In this document: piece by piece, positions 50,647 to 61,822 of the stretch
Layout of the letters: every line of letters starts with the position of its first letter
Position numbering within the stretch: the stretch's first letter is position 1
DNA from: an uncultured delta proteobacterium
Lineage (GTDB): Bacteria; Myxococcota; Myxococcia; Myxococcales; Myxococcaceae
DNA: 64,000 nucleotides
Direction of reading: 5' to 3'
Assembly: GCA_963713045.1 (NCBI GenBank)
Contig: CAVQKE010000007.1
Span: forward strand, 192,001-256,000
The notes under the pieces: model-generated
What the model was told of the DNA's origin: nothing
The model's input: only the letters and a program-made list of their open reading frames with translations
Database searches by the model: none
Made by a program: the position numbers and the translations under genes

Positions 50647-53346
50647 TTATGCAGCACTACTCTTGAAGGCCACCTCTTTACCGCCTTCCAAGTACTGGGC
50701 TTCGTCGAGGCGACCGAAGATTTGGATGAGGGTCGCGACGAGGCCAGTCCAGCCGGTCTGGTGACTGGCGCCGATACCTGCCCCCGTGTCCCCGTGGAAG
50801 TATTCGTAGAAGAGCACCAAGTCCCGCCAGTGGGGGTCGGTTCGGTACTCCTGTGCCGCTGCGTGTACTGGTCGTCGACCCTGCGCATCGCGCAAAAAGA
50901 TGCTGGTAAGTCGCGTCGCGATTTCCTTGGCCACTTGGAATAGGTTCATGAGTCGCCCCGATCCCGTTGGGCACTCGATTTTAAAAGAGTCTCCATAGTA
51001 GAGGTAATAGTTAAGCAGAGCACGGATGAGCAGCACATTTACCGGCATCCAAATCGGTCCACGCCAGTTCGAGTTACCACCGAACATCCCGCTGTCGGAG
51101 TCACCGGGCACGTAGCCCACTCGGTACTCCTGGCCTGATACGTTGAGGATGTATGGGTGCTGTGCATGGTAGCGGGATAGTGCGCGGATACCATAGGCAC
51201 TAAGGAATTCGCCCTCGTCCAGCATGCGGCTCAGAATGCGACGGAGTCGCTCCTGGTTGACTATTGCCATCATGCCCCGCTCACCGTGGCCGAGGTACCC
51301 TTCTCCCCACGCGTGCATGTTTCGAAAAATATCCGGTTGGCGGCGCGCTCGCTCTAACATGTGAGCCATGAGGTTTGGAACTCTCTCTCGCTGCCACGGC
51401 TCCACCACAGTTGTGGCGCACAGGGGAAGGAGTCCGACCATCGACCGAACTTTCAGCCGTTCCGCGCTTCCATCGGGCCTTCGCAGGACGTCGTAATAAA
51501 AGCCATCCTCCTCGTCCCACATGCCCTGAGGACCCTCTCGGTTCATGGCCCGCGTGATGAGGAGGAAGTGGTCGACAAACCTCACTGCTAGGTCTTCGAA
51601 GGTGGGGTCGTGAGCGGCGACCTCGACGCCTATCTCGAGCATGTTCTGGCAGAAGAGCGACATCCACGCGGTGCCGTCTGCCTGCTCAAGATGGCCGCCG
51701 GTAGGAAGCGGGGACGAACGGTCGAAAACGCCGATGTTGTCGAGCCCCAGAAATCCACCCTCGAAGACGTTTTTTCCGAAGCGGTCCTTGCGGTTCACCC
51801 ACCAGGTGAAGTTTGAAAGGAGTTTGCCGAAGGCGCGCTTCAGGAAGTCGATGTCGCCCACGCCCTGGAGCGCCTGTTCCATTCGGTAAATAAAAAGGGT
51901 GGCCCACGGATGCACCGGTGGGTTCACGTCACTAAAGTTCCACTCATAGGCTGGAATTTGGCCACTCGGATTCAGGTACGTCGGACCCAGCAGCAGGTCC
52001 AGCTGCTGCTTGGCGAAGTCCACATCCACTCCAGAGAAGACGATGGAGTGGAAGGCAAGGTCCCAGGCCGCGTACCAGGGGTATTCCCACTTGTCCGGCA
52101 TCGACACCACATGGTCGTTCACCATATGGGCCCATTCCTGGTTGCGAACTGAGCTCCCCTCGGAGAACGGGCCGATGCCGTGCTCCTCGAGCCACTTCTG
52201 GACGTCGAGGCCGTAATACTGCTTGCTCCAAAGCATTCCAGCCAGAGCCTGCCGCATGACCCGGGCGGTGTCCTCGGTGGCCCCTTTGGGCGTAATAGAA
52301 ATGTAGAAGTCGTCGGCCTCTTTTGAGCGGGCCGTCAACGTCGCCTCAAAGTCGCCGAAGGGCTGTAAGAGGGCCGCGAGAGGTCGGTCCGTGAGACGCA
52401 ACCGAACTGTGGCCGTTTGCCCAGGACCGATTGTGAGCTGATGATGCGCTGCTGCTTTGGTGCCAATGCCAGCCGGGTTCACGGCGTCGCGTCGGGCATG
52501 TACGACAAATTCGTTAAAGGCGTCCTTCACGAAAGGGCTAGCGTTCGCCGAGGCGAAGAGGCGCGCATTGTTTGTCTCATTTTCGGTGAACAGCAGCGGC
52601 GTCTTGCCCTCGACGTAGAGCCAACGCTGTCCGAGCGTTGCGTGTTGCGCGCCGATAATACTAAGGGCGCCAGGGCCGCTTGATTGCCGGAGCGAAGGCT
52701 TCTCGGCGGCGTCACCCCAGCTCCAGGTATTGCGGAACCAAAGCGTCGGCAACACGTGGATGGAGGCGGCCTCCCTTCCTCGGTTTGCCACGCTGATGCG
52801 GATGAAGAGGTCCTCGGGGGCGGCCTTAGCGTACTCCACGAAAACGTCGAAGTAGCGGTCCTCCGCGAAGATGCCCGTGTCCAGTAACTCGTACTCCGCC
52901 TCTTGGCGAGAGCGGCGCCGGCTGGTCTCGATGAGTTGGTGGTAGGGGTACGCTCGGTGAGGGTACTTGTAGAGGTACTTCATGTACGAGTGGGTCGGCG
53001 TGCTGTCGAGGTAGAAGTAGCACTCCTTGACGTCCTCCCCGTGATTTGCCTCGCTGTTGGTGAGTCCAAAGGCCCTTTCCTTGAGGATTGGATTTGCACC
53101 ATTCCAGAGAGCGAGGGCGAAGCAGAGGTGTTGCTTGTCGTCGGAAATTCCCGCGAGGCCGTCCTCTCCCCAGTGGTACGCGCGAGAGCGCGCCTGGTCA
53201 TGTGGGAAGTAATCCCAGGCGTTCCCGTCTGCGCTGTAGTCCTCTCGGACGGTGCCCCATTGGCGCTCGGAGAGGTACGGACCCCAGCGCCTCCAAGGAA
53301 CACCCTTCCTAGCTTCTTCAAGCCTCAACTCCTCAAGCGTTGTCAT
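50647..53346 (-). CDS. GH63/MGH1-like glycoside hydrolase
   Basis: [58 protein letters not shown]. Confidence 0.92.
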   Translation of the reverse strand: MTTLEELRLEEARKGVPWRRWGPYLSERQWGTVREDYSADGNAWDYFPHDQARSRAYHWGEDGLAGISDDKQHLCFALALWNGANPILKERAFGLTNSEANHGEDVKECYFYLDSTPTHSYMKYLYKYPHRAYPYHQLIETSRRRSRQEAEYELLDTGIFAEDRYFDVFVEYAKAAPEDLFIRISVANRGREAASIHVLPTLWFRNTWSWGDAAEKPSLRQSSGPGALSIIGAQHATLGQRWLYVEGKTPLLFTENETNNARLFASANASPFVKDAFNEFVVHARRDAVNPAGIGTKAAAHHQLTIGPGQTATVRLRLTDRPLAALLQPFGDFEATLTARSKEADDFYISITPKGATEDTARVMRQALAGMLWSKQYYGLDVQKWLEEHGIGPFSEGSSVRNQEWAHMVNDHVVSMPDKWEYPWYAAWDLAFHSIVFSGVDVDFAKQQLDLLLGPTYLNPSGQIPAYEWNFSDVNPPVHPWATLFIYRMEQALQGVGDIDFLKRAFGKLLSNFTWWVNRKDRFGKNVFEGGFLGLDNIGVFDRSSPLPTGGHLEQADGTAWMSLFCQNMLEIGVEVAAHDPTFEDLAVRFVDHFLLITRAMNREGPQGMWDEEDGFYYDVLRRPDGSAERLKVRSMVGLLPLCATTVVEPWQRERVPNLMAHMLERARRQPDIFRNMHAWGEGYLGHGERGMMAIVNQERLRRILSRMLDEGEFLSAYGIRALSRYHAQHPYILNVSGQEYRVGYVPGDSDSGMFGGNSNWRGPIWMPVNVLLIRALLNYYLYYGDSFKIECPTGSGRLMNLFQVAKEIATRLTSIFLRDAQGRRPVHAAAQEYRTDPHWRDLVLFYEYFHGDTGAGIGASHQTGWTGLVATLIQIFGRLDEAQYLEGGKEVAFKSSAA

Positions 53347-53389
53347 ACGTTCTCCCGTCAACGGTTGTTCTCGGTCGTGGGGTTTCTAC

Positions 53390-53781
53390 CAGCCTGACTG
53401 GCGGTCCGGCTGAGATGCCACATCAAACAAGACCTCTGGGTACTTCTTCGCAACATTGAGCAGTTCTAGCGTGGCGTCGGATGGCTGGCGGGCGCTGGCT
53501 CCCAAGCCTGGACCGCACGTGGGCTGACGTTCAGGATTCGGGCGAACGCGGCCTGTGCCACGCGCATCCCGGCACGGACAACGACAACGTCTTCACTCTC
53601 ATGGGCCGTGGGGGCCTCCGCTCGACATCGCGGATAGTCAGCAGAGCCTTCCCACCTTGGTACGCGATCGCGTCCTCAAACCCAGCGTTGACCTTCGAGA
53701 AGCCGCGGCTACCCGGTCCCCTCTGCTTCATGGCGTCTCCTTCTTGAGTCGCCCAACCAATGCGGCGACGTCTCGGCGCTC
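53390..53781 (-). pseudogene. Second copy of the HigA-like antitoxin plus last ~17 codons of its toxin
   Basis: Nucleotide and protein similarity to 29506-29915 (GFSKVNAGFEDAIAY; ERRDVAALVGRLKKETP). Confidence 0.75.
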
Positions 53782-53895
53782 CGAACGTACTCCCGAACCT
53801 ACCGCCGTGAGCGTCTGGGAGCCCGCGTCCTGAGGTTTCGACGGGCGGCGAGGGGTTAATGCCAAGACCCCGTTGGTACATTCAGGAGCCTCGGG
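53782..53895 (+). repeat. Complete type-A arm lacking the tRNA core
   Basis: cgaacgtactcccgaacctacc...gccaagaccccgttggtacattcaggagcc, closely similar to 31546-31655. Confidence 0.88.
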
Positions 53896-53992
53896 TGAGG
53901 AAGGAAGGATAGACCGCCACACCAGGACGGGTAAGCGTGGCCAGCCGCATGCCTTCTCAGCTCCGTCGGTGGCCCTGGGCTAGAGTCCACCC

Positions 53993-56696
53993 GTGCGTCT
54001 GACAGCGGGCACCCGGGTCGGCCCCTATGAGGTAGTGGCTCTCCTGGGGGCTGGGGGGATGGCCGAGGTATACCGGGCCAAGGACACACGGCTGGGGCGC
54101 GACGTAGCCATTAAGGTCGTGTCCGAGGAACTCGCCGGCGACGGAGCGCTTCTCGAGCGCTTTGAGCGCGAGGCAAAGCTGGCCGCCTCGCTGGCTCATC
54201 CCAACGTTGTCGCTCTTCACGACGTCGGGTTTCACGACGGGAAGCCCTACTTCGTCACCGAATTGCTTCAAGGCGAGACGCTGAGGGAGCGGCTGGCCCA
54301 AGGGCCGGTTCCGCTGGCCACGGCTCTCGAGTGGGCGGCAGCCATGGCCCAGGGGCTAGCCGCGGCGCACGCGCGCGGCATTGTGCACCGGGACTTGAAG
54401 CCCGAAAACGTCTTCGTCACGCAGGACGGGCACGTCAAGCTTATTGACTTCGGCATAGCCAAGCTCGTCGAGGAGGCCCGCGAGGCGGCACCCCACGCCT
54501 TGCTGGACGAGACCCTGTCCCCCTCCGGAGCTCATACCGGGACGGGGATGGTGCTCGGGACCCCCGGCTACATGTCGCCCGAGCAGGTGCGGGGCGACCC
54601 GGTTGACGCCCGGACGGACTTCTTCAGCCTCGGAGCGGTTCTATACGAGATGCTGGCCGGACACCGGGCCTTTCCGGCGAGCTCTCTGGTGGAAAGCGGC
54701 TACGCCATTCTCCGCACCGAGCCCGAGCCTCTTCCGACGACCATTCCCCCGGCCCTCGTACAGGTGGCGCGGCGCTGCCTCGAGAAGGACCCCGCGCGGC
54801 GCTTCCAGTCTGCGCGAGACCTGGCATTCCATCTCGAGCTGCTGCGGGCACCCACTGGTTCCGGGCCGCCTACCGAAACGAAGCCGGCAATCGCGGCACA
54901 GCCATCGGCCTGGCGACGCTGGGGCCGGCCCTTGGTCTCCGGACCGGTCGGCGTAGCCGTCGCGGTCGGCTTTCTCGCCCTAGCCGTTGTCCAGCTCGCC
55001 CTGCGGGGCCGAGGCTCGGGCGCCGCGCCACAGCTCCGGCTCTCTCAGGTCACGTTCGCCGAGGGCGTCGAGTCGTCGCCCGCCTGGTCGGGCGATGGAA
55101 CAAGCCTGGCGTACTCGGCGGACGTCGGGAACCTGCGCCAGATCTTCGTCAAAAACCTACAGACGGGCGAGGAGAAGCGCCTGACGAAGAGCGACTTCGA
55201 CGACATCCAGCCCGCCTCGTCTCCGGACGGCCGGACGATCCTCTTCGCGCGCTCGCGCAAGGCCGGGCAGCGTCTGGAGCCCTCAGACGTGTTCGGGTAC
55301 TACGACGACGGCGACATTTGGGCGATCGACGTCGCGTCCGGCAAAGAGACGCGGCTCGTCGAGAACGCGTTCGATCCGGCCTACTCTTCCGACGGCAAGC
55401 GCATCGCGGTGGACGCGTCCTGGGCGGGTCCGAGGCAGATCTGGATCCTGGATGCCCAGGGGCACAACCCCCAGCAGGTTACGTCGGACGTCTCCGAAGC
55501 CGTCGTGCACATGCGGCCGCGCTGGTCTCCGGACGGCAGGCGGATCGTCTTCCAGAACATCGAGCGCACCAAATTCGACGTCCGGGTCGTGGATGTGGCC
55601 TCGAAGGCCCTCGCTTGGATCACCAACGACCTCTACCAGGACATCGATCCGGTCTGGTCCCCTTCGGGCCGCTTCGTCTATTTCTCGTCCTATCGTAGCG
55701 GAGGCCTGAACCTGTGGAGGAGCGAGATAGGCCAGGACGGCGCGCCGGCTGGGCCGCCGCAGCAGCTCACGACTGGCGCAGGGCAGGATGTCGAGGCCGC
55801 CTTGTCGGCCGATGGCAAGAAGCTCGCCTTCGCGATCCTGAAGCAGAACGCCGACATCTGGAAGCTGCCCGTCTCGCCAGAGAGCGGGCGCCCGGTGGGC
55901 GAGCCGCAGGAGGTCGTCGCGACGACGCGTGAGGACAGCCGCGGCGCCTGGTCGCCGGACGGAAAGTGGATCGCCTTCAACTCCGACCGCTCGGGCGACA
56001 TGAACATCTGGCTGTACTCGCTCGCGGACGGCTCGACGCGCCAGCTCACGAAAGGTCCCGGCGGCGACTTCCAGCCGACCTGGTCGCCCGACGGGCGCTG
56101 GCTCGTCTTCTTTCTCGTCGCGCTCGGGAAACGCCGACATCTGGAAGGTCGAGGTCGCGTCGGGCAAGCTCGTCCAGCTCACGAAGGCTCCCTCGATCGA
56201 CATCAATCCGTTCTTCTCGCCAGACGGCCGGCAGATTGCCTACCAGTCGGACCAGGGAGGCCGCTTGGAGGTCTGGCTCATGACTACCGACGGCGACGAG
56301 CCGCGTCAGCTCACCCGCGTCGGCGCAGGCGGCCATTTCCTGCGCTTTTCTCGAGACGGCCGGGAGGTCGTCTTCCGCTGCCCGACCTGCGGTGGAAAAG
56401 GTCAGACGATGCGTGTTGCCGTCGACGGCGGCGAGCCGCAGCGAGTCGGCGAGCAGGCGGGCGGCTCGCACATCTCCTTCTCACCCGATTTCTCGAGGAT
56501 CATGGACGTCACGGGCCACAAGACCCTCTGGGTTTCGCCGCTGACAGGCGGGGATCCCCAGAAGGTCTTCGAGTTCACCGACCCACGCGTCCGGATTGAC
56601 TATCCCGTCTGGTCGCCGGACGGCCGTTTCGTGCTTTTCGACCGCTTCCGCCCCGAGGGCGGGGACATTTGGGTGATGGAGGATTTCGAGCAATGA
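53993..56696 (+). CDS. Ser/Thr kinase with TM and TolB/PD40 propeller repeats, frameshifted near 56112
   Basis: LGAGGMAEVY, HRDLKPEN, DFG, GTPGYMSPEQ; repeated P.WSPDG. Confidence 0.9.
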
Positions 56697-56764
56697 GCGT
56701 AGGCAAGTCGTTCTCGGAGCGCTACGGCACCCTCACGGCGCTGCGCGCTAGCTCGCAGCCGTTC

Positions 56765-56795
56765 GGTCGTGGGTTCGAATCCCATCCGCCGCTCT
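56765..56795 (+). repeat. Partial tRNA-Gly core (T-arm and acceptor strand)
   Basis: ggtcgtgggttcgaatcccatccgccgctct. Confidence 0.8.
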
Positions 56796-56868
56796 CGTAT
56801 GGGCGAACTTCCCAGCCAATTTTCTGGCCACAGGCAAGCCACGGGTCCGCCGGTCCAAGACTTCAGGC

Positions 56869-56894
56869 AAAAAAAGGGCGGCTTGCGCCGCCCT
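56869..56894 (-). terminator. Intrinsic terminator downstream of 56917-57231
   Basis: agggcggc-ttgc-gccgccct 8-bp stem with an A7 run (U-tract on the minus strand). Confidence 0.8.
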
Positions 56895-56916
56895 CAAGAA
56901 TACTCAACCCGATCCC

Positions 56917-57231
56917 TTAGGCACGAGCCGTGATTTTGGGAATCGTTGAGCTGCACACTTCGTAGCTCAGAACTTGCGGAGTCCCTTGAACGACGTTGCC
57001 CAAGGCCTTCAGCACTTCCGGGTAGGCTGCGCGGCCGTACTGCTCGGCTTTCTCCTTCGACTCCCAGAAACTAATCGCATACGCCTCGTTCCCGTTGGAG
57101 CCGATGAAGGCGACTTCCTCCTGAAACCCTGGCTGCTTGCGCAGAAGGGGAAGCACGTCCTTCTCCAGCGTCTGGGTGAACTGCGTGGCGGTGTTGGGCT
57201 TCAGTTGCAAATGCACGTTGCGAGCAAACAT
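56917..57231 (-). CDS. ABM-like dimeric alpha/beta barrel protein
   Basis: MFAR..LPLLRKQPGF..AISFWESKEKAEQY. Confidence 0.8.
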   Translation of the reverse strand: MFARNVHLQLKPNTATQFTQTLEKDVLPLLRKQPGFQEEVAFIGSNGNEAYAISFWESKEKAEQYGRAAYPEVLKALGNVVQGTPQVLSYEVCSSTIPKITARA

Positions 57232-57698
57232 GGTGAGACCTCGGATTCGTTCTTACTACGCATTTACGAATCGAGACCGCCTGACCTAGTGCAGATGACT
57301 CGAGTGCCGAGCGGTACGCTCGCACACAACACAAACTAACCAGCTTCCGCGGAAGCGCCAGCAAAAGGTCGGAACCAGCTTTTCTCATTCCTGGCTGAGA
57401 GAAATCAGTGGCCCGGCGCCCGTGCAACGGCGGGAGCTTAGGCGGCCCGCCGCCTCCAGAGAGGACCCGGAAACGACAGGGAGTCGCTCGTCACCATTGC
57501 CTGCAGACGCCAAGCGTCGGGGCTAGTCCCATCTCTCTGGAGAAGACATGCTGTCACGTCGGCCAGAGGTACGCTTCCGCGGTGGCCGACACCAACCGGA
57601 TGGCACCAAGGAGAGATTTGGACGCGAGCCCTTGCCCTTGGTGAAAAGGCTTGGCACCCTCCTCGCCCAGCGAGCCCAGGGGCCGCCAGGAGGCTGCC

Positions 57699-58172
57699 GT
57701 GGCCACGAAAGCGAAGCATTTCATTCCAGAGGGTTACCACACAGTGACGCCTTACCTCATCGTCAGGGGCGCCGCGCGGGCGATCGATTTCTACAAAACG
57801 GCGTTTGGGGCAACTGAGCTCTTCCGAATGCCAATGCCCGATGGGAGGCTTGGCCATGCAGAGATCCGCATAAGCGGCTCAATCGTGATGCTCGCGGACG
57901 AGTTTCCGGAGAGAAACGTGAAGGGTCCGCAAAGCCTCGGCGGTACGAGCGTGGGCATCAGCGTCTACGTCGAGGACTGCGACGCATCCTTTAATCGGGC
58001 CGTTGCCGCAGGAGCCAAGGTCGAACAGCCGCTGGCGGACAAGTTCTACGGGGATCGCTCCGGTACTCTGCTCGACCCCTACGGCCACAAGTGGACTTTT
58101 TCGACCCACGTCGAGGACGTTTCTCCCGAAGAGATGAACACGCGCATGGGGAAGCAAGGGCACAGCGATTGA
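57699..58172 (+). CDS. VOC/PhnB-like protein
   Basis: IPEGYHTVTPYL, AIDFYKTAFGA, FYGDRSG..DPYGHKW; GGAGG RBS before GTG. Confidence 0.9.
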   Translation: MATKAKHFIPEGYHTVTPYLIVRGAARAIDFYKTAFGATELFRMPMPDGRLGHAEIRISGSIVMLADEFPERNVKGPQSLGGTSVGISVYVEDCDASFNRAVAAGAKVEQPLADKFYGDRSGTLLDPYGHKWTFSTHVEDVSPEEMNTRMGKQGHSD

Positions 58173-58251
58173 AGGGCGGATTGGTTGCGACCCTATGCGC
58201 TGAGTGACGGCCCACCCCGTAAGTCGAGGGGGGCTCCAAGGGAAAAGATTG

Positions 58252-58420
58252 TCAGCGGCGCACCGAAGACGACACTTCGCCGAGCGCATCGGTCAGGGCA
58301 CGCGCTGGATCTTGCGGTGCGTCGACGGAGCGCCAAGCGATGAAACCATCGGGGCGAATCAACGACACGCCTTCCGGTCCGATGCCGAAGGCCTTGACCA
58401 AAGGACTGTTGGTCACGCAG
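58252..58420 (-). pseudogene. C-terminal fragment of an aromatic-ring hydroxylase (FAD monooxygenase)
   Basis: AFGIGPEGVSLIRPDGFIAWRS. Confidence 0.65.
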
Positions 58421-58457
58421 CGAGAAGCTGTCGGTTGACCGCGAACCGATTCACTGT

Positions 58458-58847
58458 TCAGCCCGGAGTGAATGTTCCGCCGGCGATACCGCACGCGCTC
58501 TCTAAGGTCGTCGTCGTGACTGAGCCAGCATCCGATCCATCAGGGAGCGTGTACGTATACTGGTAGTTGTCGCCCGTTCCAGTGCCGATGGCGCAAACGC
58601 CCAAGGTGCCTGCCATAGAGCAGGGGCTCGACGAGTAGGCGCCATTGCCTGTGCTGCAGGTGTTCTCTGCGGCGGAAGAGTTGTACTCCGTCCCGAGAAA
58701 ATCCTCGCAGTAGTCATAGCCGGCGTCGGTTGTGAACAGACAGCTCCCGGTGTCGCCGCACCCTGGCAACAAAAAACCGACGATGACGAGCAATGAGCAG
58801 CGCCATAGAAACGTCCCCACAGTCTTGCTCCGATGAAGTCGGGCCAA
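58458..58847 (-). CDS. Small Cys-rich lipoprotein
   Basis: LLPGC lipobox, six further Cys. Confidence 0.7.
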   Translation of the reverse strand: MARLHRSKTVGTFLWRCSLLVIVGFLLPGCGDTGSCLFTTDAGYDYCEDFLGTEYNSSAAENTCSTGNGAYSSSPCSMAGTLGVCAIGTGTGDNYQYTYTLPDGSDAGSVTTTTLESACGIAGGTFTPG

Positions 58848-58856
58848 TTGGGTTTT

Positions 58857-61286
58857 TCAGCCGAAATGAATGAGCAGTCGCAGATCAAATCGGCGCAGTG
58901 CGGCGTACTGGGAGTTGCCGAAGAATCCGGTGCCCAGCCGGTAGGCGTAGATGTCGTTGAAGAGGTTGAAGACGTCGAACGCGAGTTGGGGCTTGAAAGG
59001 CAGGTCAAAGGTGTGGCTCATCGTCACATCGACGGTGGAATGCTCGGGCACGGTCTCGTTGGTGGCGATCCCGGTATGGAAGCCGCTCCCGTAGTTGAAG
59101 CGGATGGCTAAGTTGTTCCACTTGCCGGCATCCTGAAGGACGAGGCCGACGTTTGCCGTCCAGTTCTGCACGTGGTCCATGGTGGTCCAGACTGCTGACG
59201 CTGTCAGGTCGTCCGGCGAGAACAAGAACTTCTGTGAATTGATGTTGAGCTGCTGCGCGTCCTGGGCGCTCAGATTGGCGAAGCCGCTCAAGATGAACCC
59301 GCGAAACTTCGCGATTTGACCGGAGCCGTACAGGTCGAAGCCGAGCGCCCGACCCTGTGCCCAGTTGAAGCTGGCCCACAGATCGGAGTTCCCAATGTTC
59401 TGGTGATCGAGCATGTTGTGGGTGAGGCGAATCCAGCCGGTCAGCCCCAGGGTAATCCAGGGCTTGGGATGCACGGAGACGCCGAGTTCGGCGCTGAGAG
59501 TCGTCGCGGGCTTGAGATCCACCGGCTGCGGCTGCCCTCCCAAGGACGGGACGAGGATCGGCGCCAACACCGGAGCGTCGAAGTTGACCGGTGCCTCCCA
59601 GAGGTAGCCGACAAAGGCGTGAAGGATCACAGCGTCGTTGAGCGCATACGAGGCGCCCAGACGAGCGCTAGGCCCGCTCAGGAAGAGGTTGGGCTCGTTG
59701 GAAGGGGCGAAGCTGGTGTTCTGAAAGTCGAAACGCACGCCCGGTAGAAACGTGAAATTGCCCACTTCGATCCGATCTTCCAAGTAGACGCCGGCAGATA
59801 GCGTGTTGATGTTGTCGCTGCCGCTCAGCGTCAGAGACGGGTCTGGGCCACCCGAGGGCGAGCCGTCGTCGCGCGTGAACAGCGAGGTGTTTACGGAGCT
59901 CTGCTGATCGCGGACCTCAACCCCCGCCTTCCAGGTGTTGCCGGTCAGCCAGTTCCAGCTTGCACTGGCAAGGCCGCCGAATTGGACAGCATTGCGGCTG
60001 AACGTGTTGCAGACGGAACCGGGATCGGCGGTGGCGCCCAGCGAGCCAGCCGGATCGCAGTTGAAGTCCTCGTAGAGACCTCGGGAAAAGATGGAGATCT
60101 GGGTGCCGACGTCGCCGTCGTGAATATAGGACAGCGCCGCGAAGAACGTGCGCTCGAAGTCGGTCGGGTTGGCGTTGTAAGGGACGAATGGCGGCGGCGG
60201 GTTGCCGTACACGTCGTTGCCCCGGACTGCACCCGGTGGGGCGTCCGAGAGCGGCAGCATCGTCGGATCGATCGGAATCTGGAACTTGTCCTGTTCGTAG
60301 GTCGCGATCAGCGCCAACCGGTTGCGGCTGTCGACCTCGTAGTCCAGCTTGACGAAGCCGTTACCGCCGCTCCGGTAGTCATGGAGCACACCGACGGCGT
60401 TGGGAGTGTCCAAGCCGCGAACCGTACTGACGTAGTCCGCGCTGGCGAAGACACCGAGCTTGCCGATGGTCTGGGAGTAGTTGAGCGCGACGTCGGTGAA
60501 GTTGTAGGTCCCATACGTGATTTGCGCTTCCGCGGTGGGATTGACCGTCGGCCGCCGGGTCTGGATATCGACAACACCGCCGAGCGAGGAGCTGTACTCG
60601 ATCGGGAACCCGCCCGTGTAAACTGTGATGTTTTGCACCAGCCGGATCGGCAACGTGTTCAACAACTGTCCGACGGTCCCCAGCGGGGGAGTGAAGATCG
60701 GGATCCCGTCGACGACATAAAGGATCGCGCCGTCGGCACCACGCACGTGGATATTGGAACCGAACGAATCGGCGACGGTTCCAGGCTGCATCGTCACGAT
60801 GTCCGCGATGGTCTGATTGTCGCCGCCAGGCAAGGCTTCCACCTGCTCGCGTGTGACCGTGGTGGCACTGGCGCCGATGAGAGCCGGATCGGGCCGCACA
60901 GCTGTGACCGTCGTCTGAAAGCTGGGCGACTCAACAGGGGCCACCACGTCTGAGCGCCCTGGCAAAAGCAGGTCGGTGGCGGGGACTTCGGGGACGAACG
61001 GCTGTTCGCCCGCGTCTGCGATGGCCAGCCTCGCATTCGTTTGCTGCGAGGACTCGGCGACCGGTGCGACGGTCGTGGAAGGGACCTGAGTGGGAGGCGC
61101 GGAGGGCGGCGGAGCCTTGGGGGCTGGAATGTCCGACTGGGCTGGTGCAGGCGAGGAGAGCAGGAATGCCGCGATGCCGAGCGGCCAAAGCCGCAACAGC
61201 TTCGGCGAAGACGGCTGGGCCACTAATCGCGCACCGGAGTGAGAGTGCTCTGGCAAGTCGTCGCCGAGGAATTGACGTCGGAGCAA
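58857..61286 (-). CDS. TonB-dependent receptor
   Basis: Plug (HVRGADG..VVDGIP..VYTGGFP..GGVVDI), amphipathic strands, FNLFN..Y, C-terminal F; start uncertain. Confidence 0.88.
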   Translation of the reverse strand: MLRRQFLGDDLPEHSHSGARLVAQPSSPKLLRLWPLGIAAFLLSSPAPAQSDIPAPKAPPPSAPPTQVPSTTVAPVAESSQQTNARLAIADAGEQPFVPEVPATDLLLPGRSDVVAPVESPSFQTTVTAVRPDPALIGASATTVTREQVEALPGGDNQTIADIVTMQPGTVADSFGSNIHVRGADGAILYVVDGIPIFTPPLGTVGQLLNTLPIRLVQNITVYTGGFPIEYSSSLGGVVDIQTRRPTVNPTAEAQITYGTYNFTDVALNYSQTIGKLGVFASADYVSTVRGLDTPNAVGVLHDYRSGGNGFVKLDYEVDSRNRLALIATYEQDKFQIPIDPTMLPLSDAPPGAVRGNDVYGNPPPPFVPYNANPTDFERTFFAALSYIHDGDVGTQISIFSRGLYEDFNCDPAGSLGATADPGSVCNTFSRNAVQFGGLASASWNWLTGNTWKAGVEVRDQQSSVNTSLFTRDDGSPSGGPDPSLTLSGSDNINTLSAGVYLEDRIEVGNFTFLPGVRFDFQNTSFAPSNEPNLFLSGPSARLGASYALNDAVILHAFVGYLWEAPVNFDAPVLAPILVPSLGGQPQPVDLKPATTLSAELGVSVHPKPWITLGLTGWIRLTHNMLDHQNIGNSDLWASFNWAQGRALGFDLYGSGQIAKFRGFILSGFANLSAQDAQQLNINSQKFLFSPDDLTASAVWTTMDHVQNWTANVGLVLQDAGKWNNLAIRFNYGSGFHTGIATNETVPEHSTVDVTMSHTFDLPFKPQLAFDVFNLFNDIYAYRLGTGFFGNSQYAALRRFDLRLLIHFG

Positions 61287-61822
61287 GTGAACGTGAGCCC
61301 CCCGTCCGCGGTCGGCGTTGCCTCACAATTCCAAGTCTCGGCGCCACCATCTCCGACAGACACCCCGCCATTTGCGGCCGAGGGTGTCGCGGAGACAATC
61401 CATCCGCCCAAGCTTGGCGTCCTCGTGGGTTGGAGGGTTTGTACGCCCGACAGACCGAGAACGGACCAAGTGCCGAACATCTCGCAGCCATTCACGCTGA
61501 GCGTGAACGCACCACCGTCTCCACAGGAACCCGATGCCCTGTACTCGAGGGGTATGGAGGCTGGGCTCGGATTGTCGCCATCGGGGCAGGCCCACGGCCA
61601 CCACTGGCCGGCATCGGCCACACCGTTGGTTGCAGTGGTTATCTGCGGAGCCGCACTGTCGTCATATGTGCCAAAACCACACCCGGCGCCGACGAACAAA
61701 TCCGCGAGGGCGACCAACGACAGTAGGGCGCGTCCAAGCCTGCTTCCCGCACTTCGCGCCACCGCACAAATCAACCGCGCCTCGTTGTGCAAGCACCCTC
61801 CTTCGGTGCCGTAATGCCACAA
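61223..61822 (-). CDS. Cys-rich probable lipoprotein
   Basis: Hydrophobic stretch ending GAGC, paired Cys; true start probably downstream of the ORF start. Confidence 0.6.
   Translation of the reverse strand: MWHYGTEGGCLHNEARLICAVARSAGSRLGRALLSLVALADLFVGAGCGFGTYDDSAAPQITTATNGVADAGQWWPWACPDGDNPSPASIPLEYRASGSCGDGGAFTLSVNGCEMFGTWSVLGLSGVQTLQPTRTPSLGGWIVSATPSAANGGVSVGDGGAETWNCEATPTADGGLTFTCSDVNSSATTCQSTLTPVRD

Noticed and set aside
57590..57660. caccaagg...ccttggtg inverted repeat as a riboswitch
   Set aside because: A single 8-bp stem with no recognisable aptamer consensus.
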